Part shown: positions 23,535 through 35,785 of the stretch, piece by piece
How the letters are laid out: each line of letters opens with the position of its first letter
Numbering within the stretch: the first letter of the stretch is position 1
Assembly: GCF_001194135.2 (NCBI RefSeq)
Contig: NC_068994.1
Location: 24,982,443 to 25,041,058, forward strand
DNA: 58,616 bases
Reading direction: 5' to 3'
Source of the DNA: Octopus bimaculoides
Taxonomy: Eukaryota
Notes under the pieces: generated by a model
What the model was told of the DNA's origin: nothing
The model's input: the letters and a program-made list of their open reading frames with translations, nothing else
Databases searched by the model: none
Translations under genes and position numbers: made by a program

Positions 23535-26390
23535 AATGACGTAGACGTAGCAGCCATAAGTGAAACCAGATTTTTCTCACCTGCGGGACCTCATAGCCCT
23601 TTTCGGTAGATATGAGATTTTTCTATCTCTATGTCGGCCGGGAGGGGTCGGTGGTGGTACTGTGATGCTTTTCTGGAATGGTCTGGATTTGAAAATAAAG
23701 GCAACCTTCTTGCATCCAAAAGGTAAGTTAGTGGTCCTGGATGTGAACAGCAGTGACGGCAGTGTCTTCAGACAGGAGCAGAGTGGCTGGATTACTTCAA
23801 GCGTCTGGAGGATTTCCTGGGAACGTCTCGAACTTGAGTGTTAGTAGGGGATTGGAAAGCTGTCTTAGATAGACGTTTCAGTTGCGTGGGAGTATCTGAC
23901 AAGAGATTGGGGTACAAAAGCCTCAAAAAACCTGCTCAAACTTTTTAAACTGTCTGATAAGTACCAACTAGATAACCCGAATATGCCAATGTGGACTTGG
24001 ACAAATCGCATCGTGTCATCTAGATCGTAATTAGACAGAGTATTCTGTAGGCCAGCGGATAAGGATAGTATAAGTTGTCCAGAATTTCACATAGTCAGCT
24101 ACACAGAATACAAATTCGTGATCTGTACGGCCGACATAGATAGGCTTCGTAGACAGAGTCCCAGTTACTACAAGCTGAACACGTCGTTACCGGCGTGTCA
24201 ATCTTACAGTGACCGGATTAGTGTTTTAATTAAGAGAGCATTGACAGGGACAATCGTCAACAATAACTGGTAGTTTGCTCTTATAAGGGCAATTAGTGTA
24301 AAATCTATTAGATTTAGTAAGGCTTTAGTGATAGAGAGAAAGAGAATAGTGAGAGATTTAGTTAGAAGGTTAGATAAGGCACTTAGGAAAGGCATCGCAA
24401 CCGACGAGTTGGCGGTGAGGTTGGCTCTTAACCAATTTTTCGACGTCAAACACGAAGGCTGCGTTGTCAGAGTTTAGGCATGTTCACTAAGCGGAGAGGG
24501 AACGAAAGCCGCTCGATGGGCCCAAATGACAGAAGCAAAACGTGGCAACAAAGTCACCATTCGGTCTTTGGTGGACCAGAACGGGCGCGAAATATTTGAA
24601 CCGAAGATGTGTGCGGTCTTTCAACAACACTTTGCCCGACTGTTTGGGACGAGAAAGAACCCAAACAAAGGGGACGTTATAGAGAATTTCAGGTCCATGA
24701 CTCTGTCCAATGAAAAGTTGAAGATTTTGGCCAAGGTGTTAGCCAACAGGTTGGCGCTTGTCGTGGACAAGCTGATTGGTGAGGCACAAATATGAACCAT
24801 CCCAACCAAGACTATTCACGGCAACCTACACCTCATGCGCTACATGGGTAACAAAGCTGGCTTGGGTGGGGGTCTGAACAATGTAAATTATTCTAAAGTC
24901 TTCGATAGGGTCGACAATCAATACTTGTCAGCAGTTCTGAAGGCAGCTGGTTTCGGTCCCGTTTTCTGTGGTTGGATCGCTTATTTGTACAGCGGCATCT
25001 GCTCGGTTTTTCGAGTGAATGGTCACCTGTCAGAACCATTCAGCATCTTGTGATCAGTCTGTCAAGAGTGCCTTCTCTCCTCCCTTCTGTGTGTACTGAT
25101 TCCTGAGCCACTGCTACGGAAGCTGGAGGCTTTGACGGGTGTCCGCGTGATCTAGGAAGTGGGAGAAATGTGTCTGCTTACGCCAACGATGTCACCATCG
25201 TACTGTTGAGCCACTGACATATAAACCTGATTGGCGGCACACTACAAGAATATGAAGCGATCACAGGGGAAAAAATTAACACAGAAATGCCAGTGGGCTT
25301 GCAACTCGGCACTGGACAGACGGTCTGGTTAAATTGCTCGGTATCTGGTTCGGTCCAGACCTCCAGGTAAAGAAAAAAAACTGGGACGAGGTGACGAGCA
25401 GGGTAGCGAATCTCACTCAGAAATGGGCCGAGAGGAAGCTGTCCTTGAAATATCGTGCTGCGTTTGATAACGCGTACATCGCATCCGTCATTTATTACCG
25501 CTTGACCGTCTTCCTTACCCCGTTTGTTTGTGGACCAAGCTGGTGTACTTACTCCTCCCGTTTCTGTGGAAGGGGCGCGTTCCACTGATCAGGCGCTCCA
25601 TCTGCTGCCAATAGTTGATGTCAACAGCCTGGGCATGCCGTGGCTGCTGATGCGCAGACATGCGCTCAGGTTACGGCATCTACAGCGTTTCCTTGACGGT
25701 CAGCAGGTGTGGTCGCTGTTTGTCAGACTCACTTTTCCACAGCTAATCTCCTTGACTGAGATGCAAACCTGGATTAGGTGTAGACGGAGGGGGTTCGCTT
25801 GTCACCTTAAGTGCCGTCAGGCGAGCAGTGCGGTCGGTGGTAGCTCCACTCTAGCGTTCTATAGATGGTTAGTGGAAGGAAAGTGCGACCATGTTCTCTG
25901 GGAAATTCTGGGTGTCGATGAAGATCAATTTACTGGTCTGTTTCGGAGAACATGCGGGTCTGGGCCTATGGATAACTTCTCGAAATCCTTTACCTGTCAG
26001 CGCTACCGAGGGGCGCTGCCCGTTTGCGATAAACTTTACAGGCACGGAAGTGCCGTCAACCGGGCCTGCACAGGGTGCGCAGATCGACGAAGCCGTTCTG
26101 CACACCCTCGTCCAGTGCCCGAGCATTGCTGAGCTGTGGGTTTATTATGTTGAACACCTGCTGTCGCGTGTAGGACGGATCCGGATATCAGCTGAATCCA
26201 TTGTGAAAATTGCCCCTGCCACGTTCCTTTGGCCGGGAGGGACAGTAAATTTTTATTTGTCTGGTGGCTGTAGCGGAAGAGGTAGTATGGTGAAGTCAGA
26301 CACTTTCCTCTTTGGCCAAGCCCTCATAAACTTCTTCAAGTTTCACTTGAGAAGGAAAGTGAGGGTGAAGAGGGAAGTGAGGTGGAGAAG
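23535..26390 (+). mobile_element. Degenerate Tx1-like ORF2, from near the APE start to near the C-terminus; no 3' UTR
   Basis: DVAAISET, GGGTVMLF, KILAKVLANRL, SKVFDRVDNQYL, VSAYANDVT, LGIWFGPDL, ALPVCDKLYR, HLRRKVRVKRE. Confidence 0.85.
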
Positions 26391-27635
26391 GAATTTGGAA
26401 AGAGAAGACGTATGTGACGGGAAGAAAATGGTTCGGAATTGTAGAAGTGCGCTTTGCAACAGAGGAAGAAGCAAGATAACATTCCACAGTGCTACTAAAT
26501 TCAGCGTGTTACAAGAGTTAAAATTGGAGAAGTGCCCCCAGGAATAAATGTATGCAGTCCTCTAAGACATAGAGGTCACCGCCACAATACTGGAAGTACA
26601 CAAGTTGCACCAACAAAATTGAACAAGAGGGCATAAATTCCATCCTCGTCTCGATAAACTAAATTGCACGTGGCCATAAAGGGCAAGAGGCCGAGGTGCT
26701 ATTTTTGTAGGGATAAACACTTCACGGTCGATTGCCCCAAATACAAGGAGCTGCGGCCTGCACTGCTACCAACACCAGTGTCAGTGCCACATCTAGCGCA
26801 GTAACAAGAACAACAGCGGCAGCAGGGATCAGCGATCGATTCACGAAAGGTAGCACTAACGCCTTCACCACCACCACCAAAACCACCAGCGATGCTGCCT
26901 CCAGCCGTCATGGAATTTTTAACATCCAAAGCCACAGCATCCAGAGGACCACCACCAACAACAACAACAGCAACAACAACCGAGGAGAGGGAGAGGCATA
27001 CAGTGCTTCTCCACCAAAAAAGAAATAAAGAACTATCAGAAAAGAAGGGGAGTAGCAAACAAGCTGAACTTACCAACAGCAACAACATACACATACGACA
27101 ACCAACAACAACATACACACACGACAACCAACAACAACCTTTTACCAATACTACCACATCAAATACAAATTACAGTACAGACAGACTCCACAAGCACTAC
27201 CAATCTTACAGCCAAAACACGGACAATATAGATTTTAAGGAACTACACAAACACCGCAATAGAAGACTTTGCCTTCCCGATACACAACGCGCCACCACCA
27301 CACATACAGATTCTAAAAGTTACACAGCACACATACAACACATTAAAAACAAACTTTTCTGATACTGTGGGGTCGTTTCAGAAAACTATTTCTAAAGAAA
27401 CTATATAAAATTTACTCGTGGAAACAGCCACACCAATGAACAAGGGGGCCATCCCGCCAGACAACAGCAGTAAGTAACGCGCTCTTCAGTTAATATATTT
27501 TCCAGCATGGTCGTGCTTAAAATTGGTTGTATAAATGCGAGGGGGCTCGGGTCGCCTTGGAAACAAGGTCACCTTTTAAACGATCTGAGGTTCCTTTATG
27601 TAGATGTAGAAACCATTAGCAAAACCAGGCGTTAC
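26390..27635 (+). mobile_element. Tx1-like ORF1 (middle to end), inter-ORF spacer and first ~40 codons of ORF2
   Basis: FGIVEVRFATEEEAR; RVKIGEVPPGI; KGKRPRCYFCRDKHFTVDC knuckle; T/Q-rich tail; then MVVLKIGCINARGLGSPWKQGHLLNDLRFLYVDVETISKT at 27507. Confidence 0.75.
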
Positions 27636-30600
27636 CTGCAAGTCGAAAGTAACACTATAAAATTTGTGAAGAACCATCAACACGGATAAAAAGTAGAACA
27701 ATACTGTGGACTTGCTGATCATTTACGGAATGCTACTAATACTGCAAATGCTCAAGTAGGATGCACAGTTATCTTGCCTTCACCATTTCAAGGTTCTCCT
27801 AGGAATATGCATGAGCGCTATCAATACGACATGGCTATTGTGCGCATATATGGTCCTCCTGATATCTTCCTCACAATAACCTGCAATCCTAATTGGCAAG
27901 AAATTAGAGAGAATTTACTTCCAGGCCAAACTTTATCAGATAGACTGCACTTGGTGGCCCGTGTGTTCAATATAAAGCTACACGAACTCTTGAATGACTT
28001 CACTAACATATATTTGGAAGAGTCACTGCTTACTGCTTCACCATTGATCATTTTGCACCCTGATGTTAACTTGGATGATCCTGAAAGTATTAACCAAATT
28101 GTCTGTGCCGAGATCCCGGATCCCGTCACTACATGAAACAGTGAAAAGGTGCATAATCCATGGGCCCTGTGGTGATCTCAACCCGACTTCTCCCTGCATG
28201 GAAAATAACAAGTGTCTTAAAGAATTTCAAAAAAAGAGTATCAAGAGATGTGGATAAGCCCAAACGGTTACCTGTTGTACAGGCGACATCGAGGGGTATT
28301 AGTTCGAGTTCCCAACCATGCAATTAGACAACCGATATGTAGTGCCCTACAATAAATATCTTTGCCGCAAGTTCAATACTCATAATTGTGCTGAGATTTG
28401 CCTCTTCATCTTTGAAATATATTTACAAGTATATCTACAAGGGATATGACTCCATCAATGTTAACATCAATGAAACAACTTCAAACAATGAGATTGTGCA
28501 TGAGGAAGTACGCAACCATTTAGATGCTAGGTATGTGAGAGCTCCTGAAATTATGTAGCATCTGCTTGAGAATCAAATGCATGACAGATCTCATTCAGCT
28601 ATTTGTCCGCCTGTGCATCTGCCACAAGAGCAACTTATATGCTTTGAAGAGGTCAAGAGAAATAGGCACTTGAGAGAGCAATACAGAAGAACACACCACT
28701 GACAACTTGGTATCTTCAGAATGAAAGAGAAGAAAATGCATGGAACTTGCATTATTCGGATATTCTGTACAGTTATGTCTGCAATAAGCAGACTACTGTA
28801 TGGAAGCGCAGACAAAGAGGAGACGGTAAAGTCATCTCCGTTAACCCGAAAGATGAGGAACGATTTTACTTGAGACTATTATTGTTGCACGTTCCTGGAA
28901 GTCGAAGTTATGAGAATATGAAAACAGTAGACGGTATAGTCTGCAACTTATTTAAAGAAGCTGCTCTCAGAAGAAATTTAGTTCAAAATGATGAAGAATG
29001 GCACAGGTGCATAGAAGAAACGTCCCTTATAACNNNNNNNNNNNNNNNNNNNNNNNNNNNNNNNNNNNNNNNNNNNNNNNNNNNNNNNNNNNNNNNNNNN
29101 NNNNNNNNNNNNNNNNNNNNNNNNNNNNNNNNNNNNNNNNNNNNNNNNNNNNNNNNNNNNNNNNNNNNNNNNNNNNNNNNNNNNNNNNNNNNNNNNNNNN
29201 NNNNNNNNNNNNNNNNNNNNNNNNNNNNNNNNNNNNNNNNNNNNNNNNNNNNNNNNNNNNNNNNNNNNNNNNNNNNNNNNNNNNNNNNNNNNNNNNNNNN
29301 NNNNNNNNNNNNNNNNNNNNNNNNNNNNNNNNNNNNNNNNNNNNNNNNNNNNNNNNNNNNNNNNNNNNNNNNNNNNNNNNNNNNNNNNNNNNNNNNNNNN
29401 NNNNNNNNNNNNNNNNNNNNNATGAAGTAACTTCTGAAAATAACAATTTTGAAGGAGTTAATATTGTGCGGTGCACTGCATCCTTCACAGAAGCTCAGCG
29501 CCAGGTCTGCAAACACATTACTGCAGCCATCAATGACAATGAACAACAGAGTAGATTCTTTTCCCTCGATGGCCCTGGAGGTACGGGAAGACCTACCTGT
29601 ACAATACATTGATAGCTTCTCTGAGAAGGCAAAACAAGTGTATCCTTTCCTATGCTACTAAAGGCATAGCTGCTGATTTGCTCATTGATGGAAGGACAGT
29701 TCACAGTGGACTCAAGCTACCTGTCCCATTGCATGATAGTTCCACCCCTCACATGAGAATCCCTTCAGAGTCATCTGAAAAACTAAAGCAGGCTCACCTT
29801 TTAATTATTGATGAAGCATCAATGTTATGCAATGCTCTGAAAGCCATTGATCGGTGGAAAAGTGCTGCTACTTGGCGGAGACTTCAGACAAACTGCACCT
29901 GTCATCCCAACAGGATCCAATGCAGCAGTAACTGAATCCTCAATTAAGCCATCTCCTTTCTGGCATTTCGTAACAAGACTCAGTTTGACAGAAAATATGC
30001 GCATGGCTGGACAAGATGACTTCAAAATGTGGCTCTTAGAAGTTGGAAATGGAACCCTCTCCAACAATGAAGGGCAGGAAGAAAACCTCATAGAAATTCC
30101 CCAAAACATGGTATCTACAAATAACATTGTTAGAGAATTTTTGGTGGAAGAAAGTGTCATCGACAATCATTTTGACACCAAAAAACAAAGATTGTCTTCA
30201 CATAAACACTGACATAATATCATTATTGCCTAGTGAGGCAACAATCTGCAGAAGCGTTGACACCATTGTTGAAGAAAATAACGAAGCTGTTATACATTAT
30301 TTAGTAGAGTTTTTAAATATACTGACCTTGAAGAGGCATTCGATAGTCATGCTGCTATGGAACCTGAAGGCAGTGAGAGGTTCACTCAATGGGATCCAGA
30401 TCTTACTGCTGTCCATCAAGGATTTTTTCATTCATGGAAAATACTTAGTGGAAGTAAGAAAGATGAGGAGGCCTTTATTCCGCGTGTTACCCTCCGTCCC
30501 AGTGAGACAACCCTTCCCTTTAGTATGAGTAGACGACAGTTACCTGTTTTTCTAGCATTTGCAGTAACTACTAACAAATCACAAGGGTAGAGCTTCAATA

Positions 30601-30736
30601 ATGTTGACATCATCCTACCATCGCCTGTATTCAGACATGAACAACTTTATGTTGCATTGAGTAGAAGTAGAAGTAGTAATAATATTCAAATGTTAGTTAA
30701 GAACCATCCAAAATAGGGCGAACTAATTGGTGGTAG

Positions 30737-32368
30737 CAGTGGCGGATCTACAATATTAGGGCCCTGAAGCTTAAAATGTTATGGGGGTCTCTTATACAAC
30801 CAGGAACAGTAAAATAATATCCAAGGATGGTCAAATAATTTTCTTGCCCTTGCAAGGAACTCCAGCCTTGAGACCCTAATAGCCCAAATGGTGAAGTAGT
30901 GATGTGGAGTCCTTAAAGTTGAGTCCGACAGTGTGCCCTCTTTCTTTCCACCAGAAACAAGGTATGGGTAATCACCGATATCTTTGTCGATATGGTTGTT
31001 CCATGGTAGATCACCACAATTTTCTTTACAAATTTCAGATTGTGATTCTCAAAGTCAAAGGTGTGAACAAATATTTTTTAGACTATGCCTTATACTTTTA
31101 GTGTTATGGGGGTTGAAAAATAAGGGAAGCATTATATACAAGCGTGATGCATCATAGAATAAAGACATAAAACATAACAAATACCACAGTCAATATAATC
31201 TNNNNNNNNNNNNNNNNNNNNNNNNNNNNNNNNNNNNNNNNNNNNNNNNNNNNNNNNNNNNNNNNNNNNNNNNNNNNNNNNNNNNNNNNNNNNNNNNNNN
31301 NATGCTGGTGTGTTTACGTCCCCGTAACTTAGCGGTTCGGCCAAAGGGACGATAAAATAAGTACTAGGTTTACAAAGAATAAATCCTGGGGTCAATTTGG
31401 TCGACTAAAGGCGGTGCTCCAGCATAGCCGCAGTCAAATGACTGAAACAAGTAAAAGAGTAAAAGAGTATATATGCAATAATTTTAAAGCAAAAAAGTGC
31501 TTTTAGCTGCTGAGAGATGTAATTTTATAATTAAAACAAAAGTCAAAATCTAAATTTTGGAACATATTTTGTATTTACCTGCTAGGAAAATTTCGAAGAC
31601 TTACTGAAATAATAAAGCTTAGCAGTGGTAATGTGTGTGTGTGTGTGCGTGTGCGTGTGCGCTTGCGTGTGCGTGTGCGCGTGCGCGTGCATATGTGTGT
31701 GCCCCTTTGTTTTGAAACGATCAGTTTGAGGTCATCATTAGTCAGTCACATTGGAAACAAGAATTCGACAAGACAATAAAACTTATTTTCCAGTCTATTT
31801 CTCTATATACATTCATACACACATATAGATATATGCACACACACACGCATACATACATACATACATATATACATACATACATACATACATACATACAAAT
31901 GTACATACATAAATACATGCATGCATACATACATACATACATACATATTCACACAAACATCTACATACATGCATGTTTTTTACTTTTCTTTGTCACCTCC
32001 CTGGCACCATGCTGCACTTGGAGACTGATGTCTGAAACAGAACTTAAACAAGAGAGAATAAAACGTTTTTTGTTTATTTCTTTTTATCGCTAATATATTC
32101 ACACACACAAACATACAAACGCACATACATTCATACATGCGTACAATCATGCATACATACATACATGTTTATCTTTAATTTTCTTTGTTGTTTCACCGGC
32201 ACCATACTTTTTTAGGGGACTGGTATAGAGACAAAACGTTTTTCTCAGTCTATTTCGTTTTATCAGCCCTGTCTGCATGGCAAAATACAAAAAGAAAAGT
32301 ATTGACAGAATGAAAAATTAAGTTGATCAGATGGCCCCTTCACTAGTTTTATAGTAGATCCGCCACTG
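30737..32368. mobile_element. Non-autonomous hAT-type DNA transposon (1632 bp) with 15-bp TIRs and an 8-bp TSD
   Basis: TIRs CAGTGGCGGATCTAC (30737-30751) and GTAGATCCGCCACTG (32354-32368). Flanks GGTGGTAG and GGTGATAG match at 7 of 8 positions. No transposase ORF is visible. Confidence 0.85.
31302..31470 (+). mobile_element. SINE 3' half (family A) nested in the hAT element
   Basis: ATGCTGGTGTGTTTACGTCCCCGTAACTTAGCGGTTCGG...GGCGGTGCTCCAGCATAGCCGCAGTCAAATGACTGAAACAAG(TAAAAGAG)n. Confidence 0.9.
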
Positions 32369-32581
32369 GGTGATAGGGTTTTCATTGGAAACGTGGTGTT
32401 GAAACAGCTATTAAGATAAATGTTGTGATCTTTTCATTTTATTTTCCGTATAATTTTCATGTTGTCATTTCTGACGGCACGGTTACACTAGTCATATTTT
32501 CTGAAGGTTTGACATAACTCTTCACGAACTTAAATAGACAATACGAAGAGCGCAATGCGATTGTAATAGACATTCTATTAG

Positions 32582-32625
32582 TTTGAACGGTATTTCGACA
32601 GCTTGCCTGTCTTTGTCGAGTTCAA
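32582..32625 (-). ncRNA. Candidate minimal type I hammerhead ribozyme (variant core) in a Penelope terminal region
   Basis: Minus strand TTTGAA-CTCGACAAA-GACAG-GCAAG-CTGTC-GAAA-TACCG-TTCAAA gives a closing stem I, a G:C-closed stem II hairpin, GAAA and a very short stem III. It lies ~170 bp past the GIY-YIG stop codon. Confidence 0.55.
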
Positions 32626-32797
32626 AATGAAAAATGATACACAAAAATTCAAAATTATATGAACAGAAAAAATTCTGCGTTCCCACGTTGACTGCATGAC
32701 ATCATCAGTCTTCAATTATCAATTTTACAACTGGCAAAGGGTAAAAGAAAGAAACAAAATGAAAAGGAAAGAAGAAGAAAAAGAAAGAAAGATTGAG

Positions 32798-34500
32798 TCA
32801 AAACAGTTTTGTGTAAATATGATGAAATTCTCCTGTCATTTTATTCATTCCCCCAGGGCGTGATGTTAATAACTCACAAACATATTTCTCCTCATGCGTT
32901 TTGAGGACTGAAAGCGTAGTAGATTCAAAATATTTTCTGAGAATATGCAGTTTCAAGTGATTGTCAAAATAGCAGCCGTTTGATATAAAATGTTCGGCAA
33001 GTTCTGTCAAACTACCGCTATTGTGCCTGACGTCATATCTGTGCCCACTGAATCTTTTATTTAATTGTTCTCTTGTACAACCAATATAAATCAAGTTGCG
33101 TTTGGCGCTTTCTGCTACGTACATCAAATGGGAATCTCTATAGGTCCCACCTTCCGTGTAAATCATAACATTTTTGTTATGATTCCTGATAGAATTTACT
33201 TGATTCATGTTGTTGCACAATGAACAGGGCTTAGCCTTCTTGCGGCTGTTTTTCAAGGTACAGCTTTCAGAAACTTCAATATTAGTTTTCTTGGAGTCAG
33301 AAGAAGTGGTTCTCCTATATTTTTATTCCGTCTAAAGTCTACAATAGGCGACTAAGGAAATATATGTTTGAAACGAGGATATTTTTCCGCAACATGCTGA
33401 TAACTTTCATGTAACACTTTTGAAATGTCAGCGAAATTTCGGTGCCAGTTAATCAGGAATCCTATCACATGTTTTACTTTGACTTTCCTTGCGTATGCTA
33501 GCTAAGTCATATGCGATTTCCTTTAATCGTGATTCACTGTAACCGCATTTGATATATGGCGTACAAAAGCATTTACATGTTTCCAGTAATCCCCTATATC
33601 AATACGAATCCGTTTTATACTAAAAAAATAGGGATTTCGGATTTGACCGAATTATATGATGGGGATGATCGGAGCGACTGTGGAGGTAGAGGTAAATATG
33701 GGACGACGTGGATTTGCAAAATAACTCTGTTGGTATTCTGCCTCCAGAAAACGTTTTGGAAAACTAGACGTAAATTTTGTTGAACTTAAACCCATAGTTT
33801 TTAGCATTACAGTCACAGAAATGCAAGAGGTTTATTAAACTATCCTGTGATCCTTCCCATACAGAAAAAGACGTCATTAATGAACCGTAACTAGAGTATT
33901 GCTTCATGTCCATGAAAAAATTTGAATATCTTCAGTAACTCTGTCTCGAATTTCGTCATGAAGATATTAACGAAAATTAACTGCCATGGGGTACCCCAGG
34001 TGCGACCTCTCGTCAGGTGGTAACATTTTTGTCTCAACTTCATTTTGTTACTTTGTAACACAAACCTCAATACGCCGCAGAGAAAATTCGATGGAATACT
34101 TTTGTTTGACCGTTTTTCGAGGGCATTTATGCATGCTTCCACCCTTTCATCATGGTCAATATTGAGTTATAGTGAAGAAACATTCATGGTTCTTAGAAAA
34201 GTTGTTGATTTTAGACACAAAATCAAAAGTATCCCGAATATAGAAACTTGATCTTTTTGCAACAGGTAGTAGAAAGCCATTCAGCCACTCCAAAATTTTG
34301 GCTGTACAACATTCATATCCGCTGCAAATTGGGTGCATCGGAGAATATTTTTCGAACTTTTTGTGTATTTGGAGGAGACCATAAAAATAAAGTTGTTCTT
34401 TTTTCTGACCGTAAAATCCTGGATTCAGCCTTATTTATGAAATTGCTTTTTGGTAACCAGATTATTATTTTCATATACACTCAACAGATTAAACTGTTGG
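32798..34500 (-). mobile_element. Penelope-like element (RT + GIY-YIG endonuclease), frameshifted
   Basis: LFYGLLQIHK..PMHPICSG; SFYIRDTFDF; RG.TWGTP; a RFINDVF-like segment (YXDD region); IYIGCTREQLNKRFSGHR; HEEKYVCELLTSRPGGMN. Confidence 0.88.
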
Positions 34501-34509
34501 AAAATAAAA

Positions 34510-35785
34510 AATCCTAACATCGGGCTACAACAAGTAACATTAGATGCCAAGAACCCCACCAATAACACTGTTTTCTGGAGCTATACTAAACTGGGTTCTA
34601 TGCCTATTTTCTCTAACCATCTGTTCAGATCTTTAGGGATAGTTCCCAATGCACCTATGACTACTGGGCTACATTTAACCCGCACTTACCATAGTCTCTG
34701 TAATTTAATAGCTAGGTCCTGGTGCTTTGCTATTTTTCTATACTTCCCTAATTAATGTTTTCATCATTTGGAACTGTAAAATCTATTATCTAGTACTTTC
34801 TACTCTCTTTATCTACTACTACCAAATCAGGCCTTCTAGCTTCTATTACTCTGTGAGTCTGAATGCTGAAGTCCCATAACATCTTATATTTCTTACTTTC
34901 TAGTACTTTACCAGGTTCGTGTTCATACCATTTATCAGCACGATCAAATCCTAGATTTCTACATAGCTCCCAGTGTATTACTCTCTCTAGATTGTCATGT
35001 CTTTTATTGTATTCTTTCTGTGCCAGCATGCTATATTCACTTACTATGCGAGTAACGCTTTCCTCTTTTGACTTGCATAACCTACATTGGGAATCAACTT
35101 GGTTTTTGTCTATTTTGGCTTTTATCCAATCAGTCCTTAATGCTTGATCTTGTTCAGCTACTAACAAACTTTCTGTCTCCCTCTTCAACTTTCCTTTCTA
35201 CAACCATAACCATGTCTCACTACTACTATTTGCTGCCACTATCTTTGGGAATCTACCATGCAACACCTCTTGCCAGTCAGATAATTTCTGTTCTTTTTTC
35301 TGGTTTTTAACTTCGTTTGGGTTTTTGGTTTTTCTATATCTTGCTGTGACTCTATCAGTTTTTAATAAACTTTCTTCACTATTACCTACATAGGAGTCTA
35401 TAGTTAATCTAGCTAACTCCACGCAGTCATCTACTTATATCAACTCTCTTCCGCCTTCCTTTCTAGATAGGTATAATCTTGCCACTCCTGTCCTTGGGTG
35501 GAGCCCTCCATTCATATTGAATTACTTCCTAGTTCTTCTGTCTAGCTTTGCTAATTCAGTTTTTGTCCAATCTACAAAAGCTGCTGAGTATCTAAGTAAT
35601 GATACTGCCCAAGTATTTACAGCCTTCACTAGATTCGGACCGTTTAGTTTTGACTTCATTAGCTTCTTCAACCTTCTGATGTAGTCTCTCCCAATTTTCG
35701 TTTTCATTTCTGTAATTAGTACCCTGTCAGATTCTAATACTTCTGGATATTTATAACTCTCTCCTCCTTTCAATGATTTTAATGT
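34510..35785 (-). mobile_element. 5'-truncated R4/Dong-clade LINE inserted at the 5' side of the Penelope copy
   Basis: YKYPEVLE, KLNGPNLVKAVNTWAVSLLRYS, ETESLLVAEQDQALRT, CRLCKSKEESVTRIVSE, KMLWDFSIQT, RRPDLVVVDK. The 5' junction lies in (AAC)n(AAT)n. Confidence 0.88.

Larger units (their letters stand above)
27635..32491 (+). mobile_element. Degenerate Helitron (Rep-helicase), 5'-truncated, 3' end intact, interrupted by a hAT-type element
   Basis: Rep: ILPSPFQGSPRNM, PDIFLTITCNPNWQEI, ARVFNIKL, HGPCG, RYVVPYN, RFYLRLLLLHV. Helicase: DGPGGTG, GRTVHS, IIDEASM, GGDFRQTAPV, LTENMR, FAVTTNKSQG, QLYVALSR. The frame resumes after the insert as GDRVFIGNVVLKQLLR*. Terminal CTAG|T at 32488-32492. 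Confidence 0.88.

Noticed and set aside
32690-32712. CTGATGA hammerhead core on the minus strand
   Set aside because: No stem II followed by GAAA comes next. The GAAA about 110 nt away belongs to the separate motif at 32582-32625.
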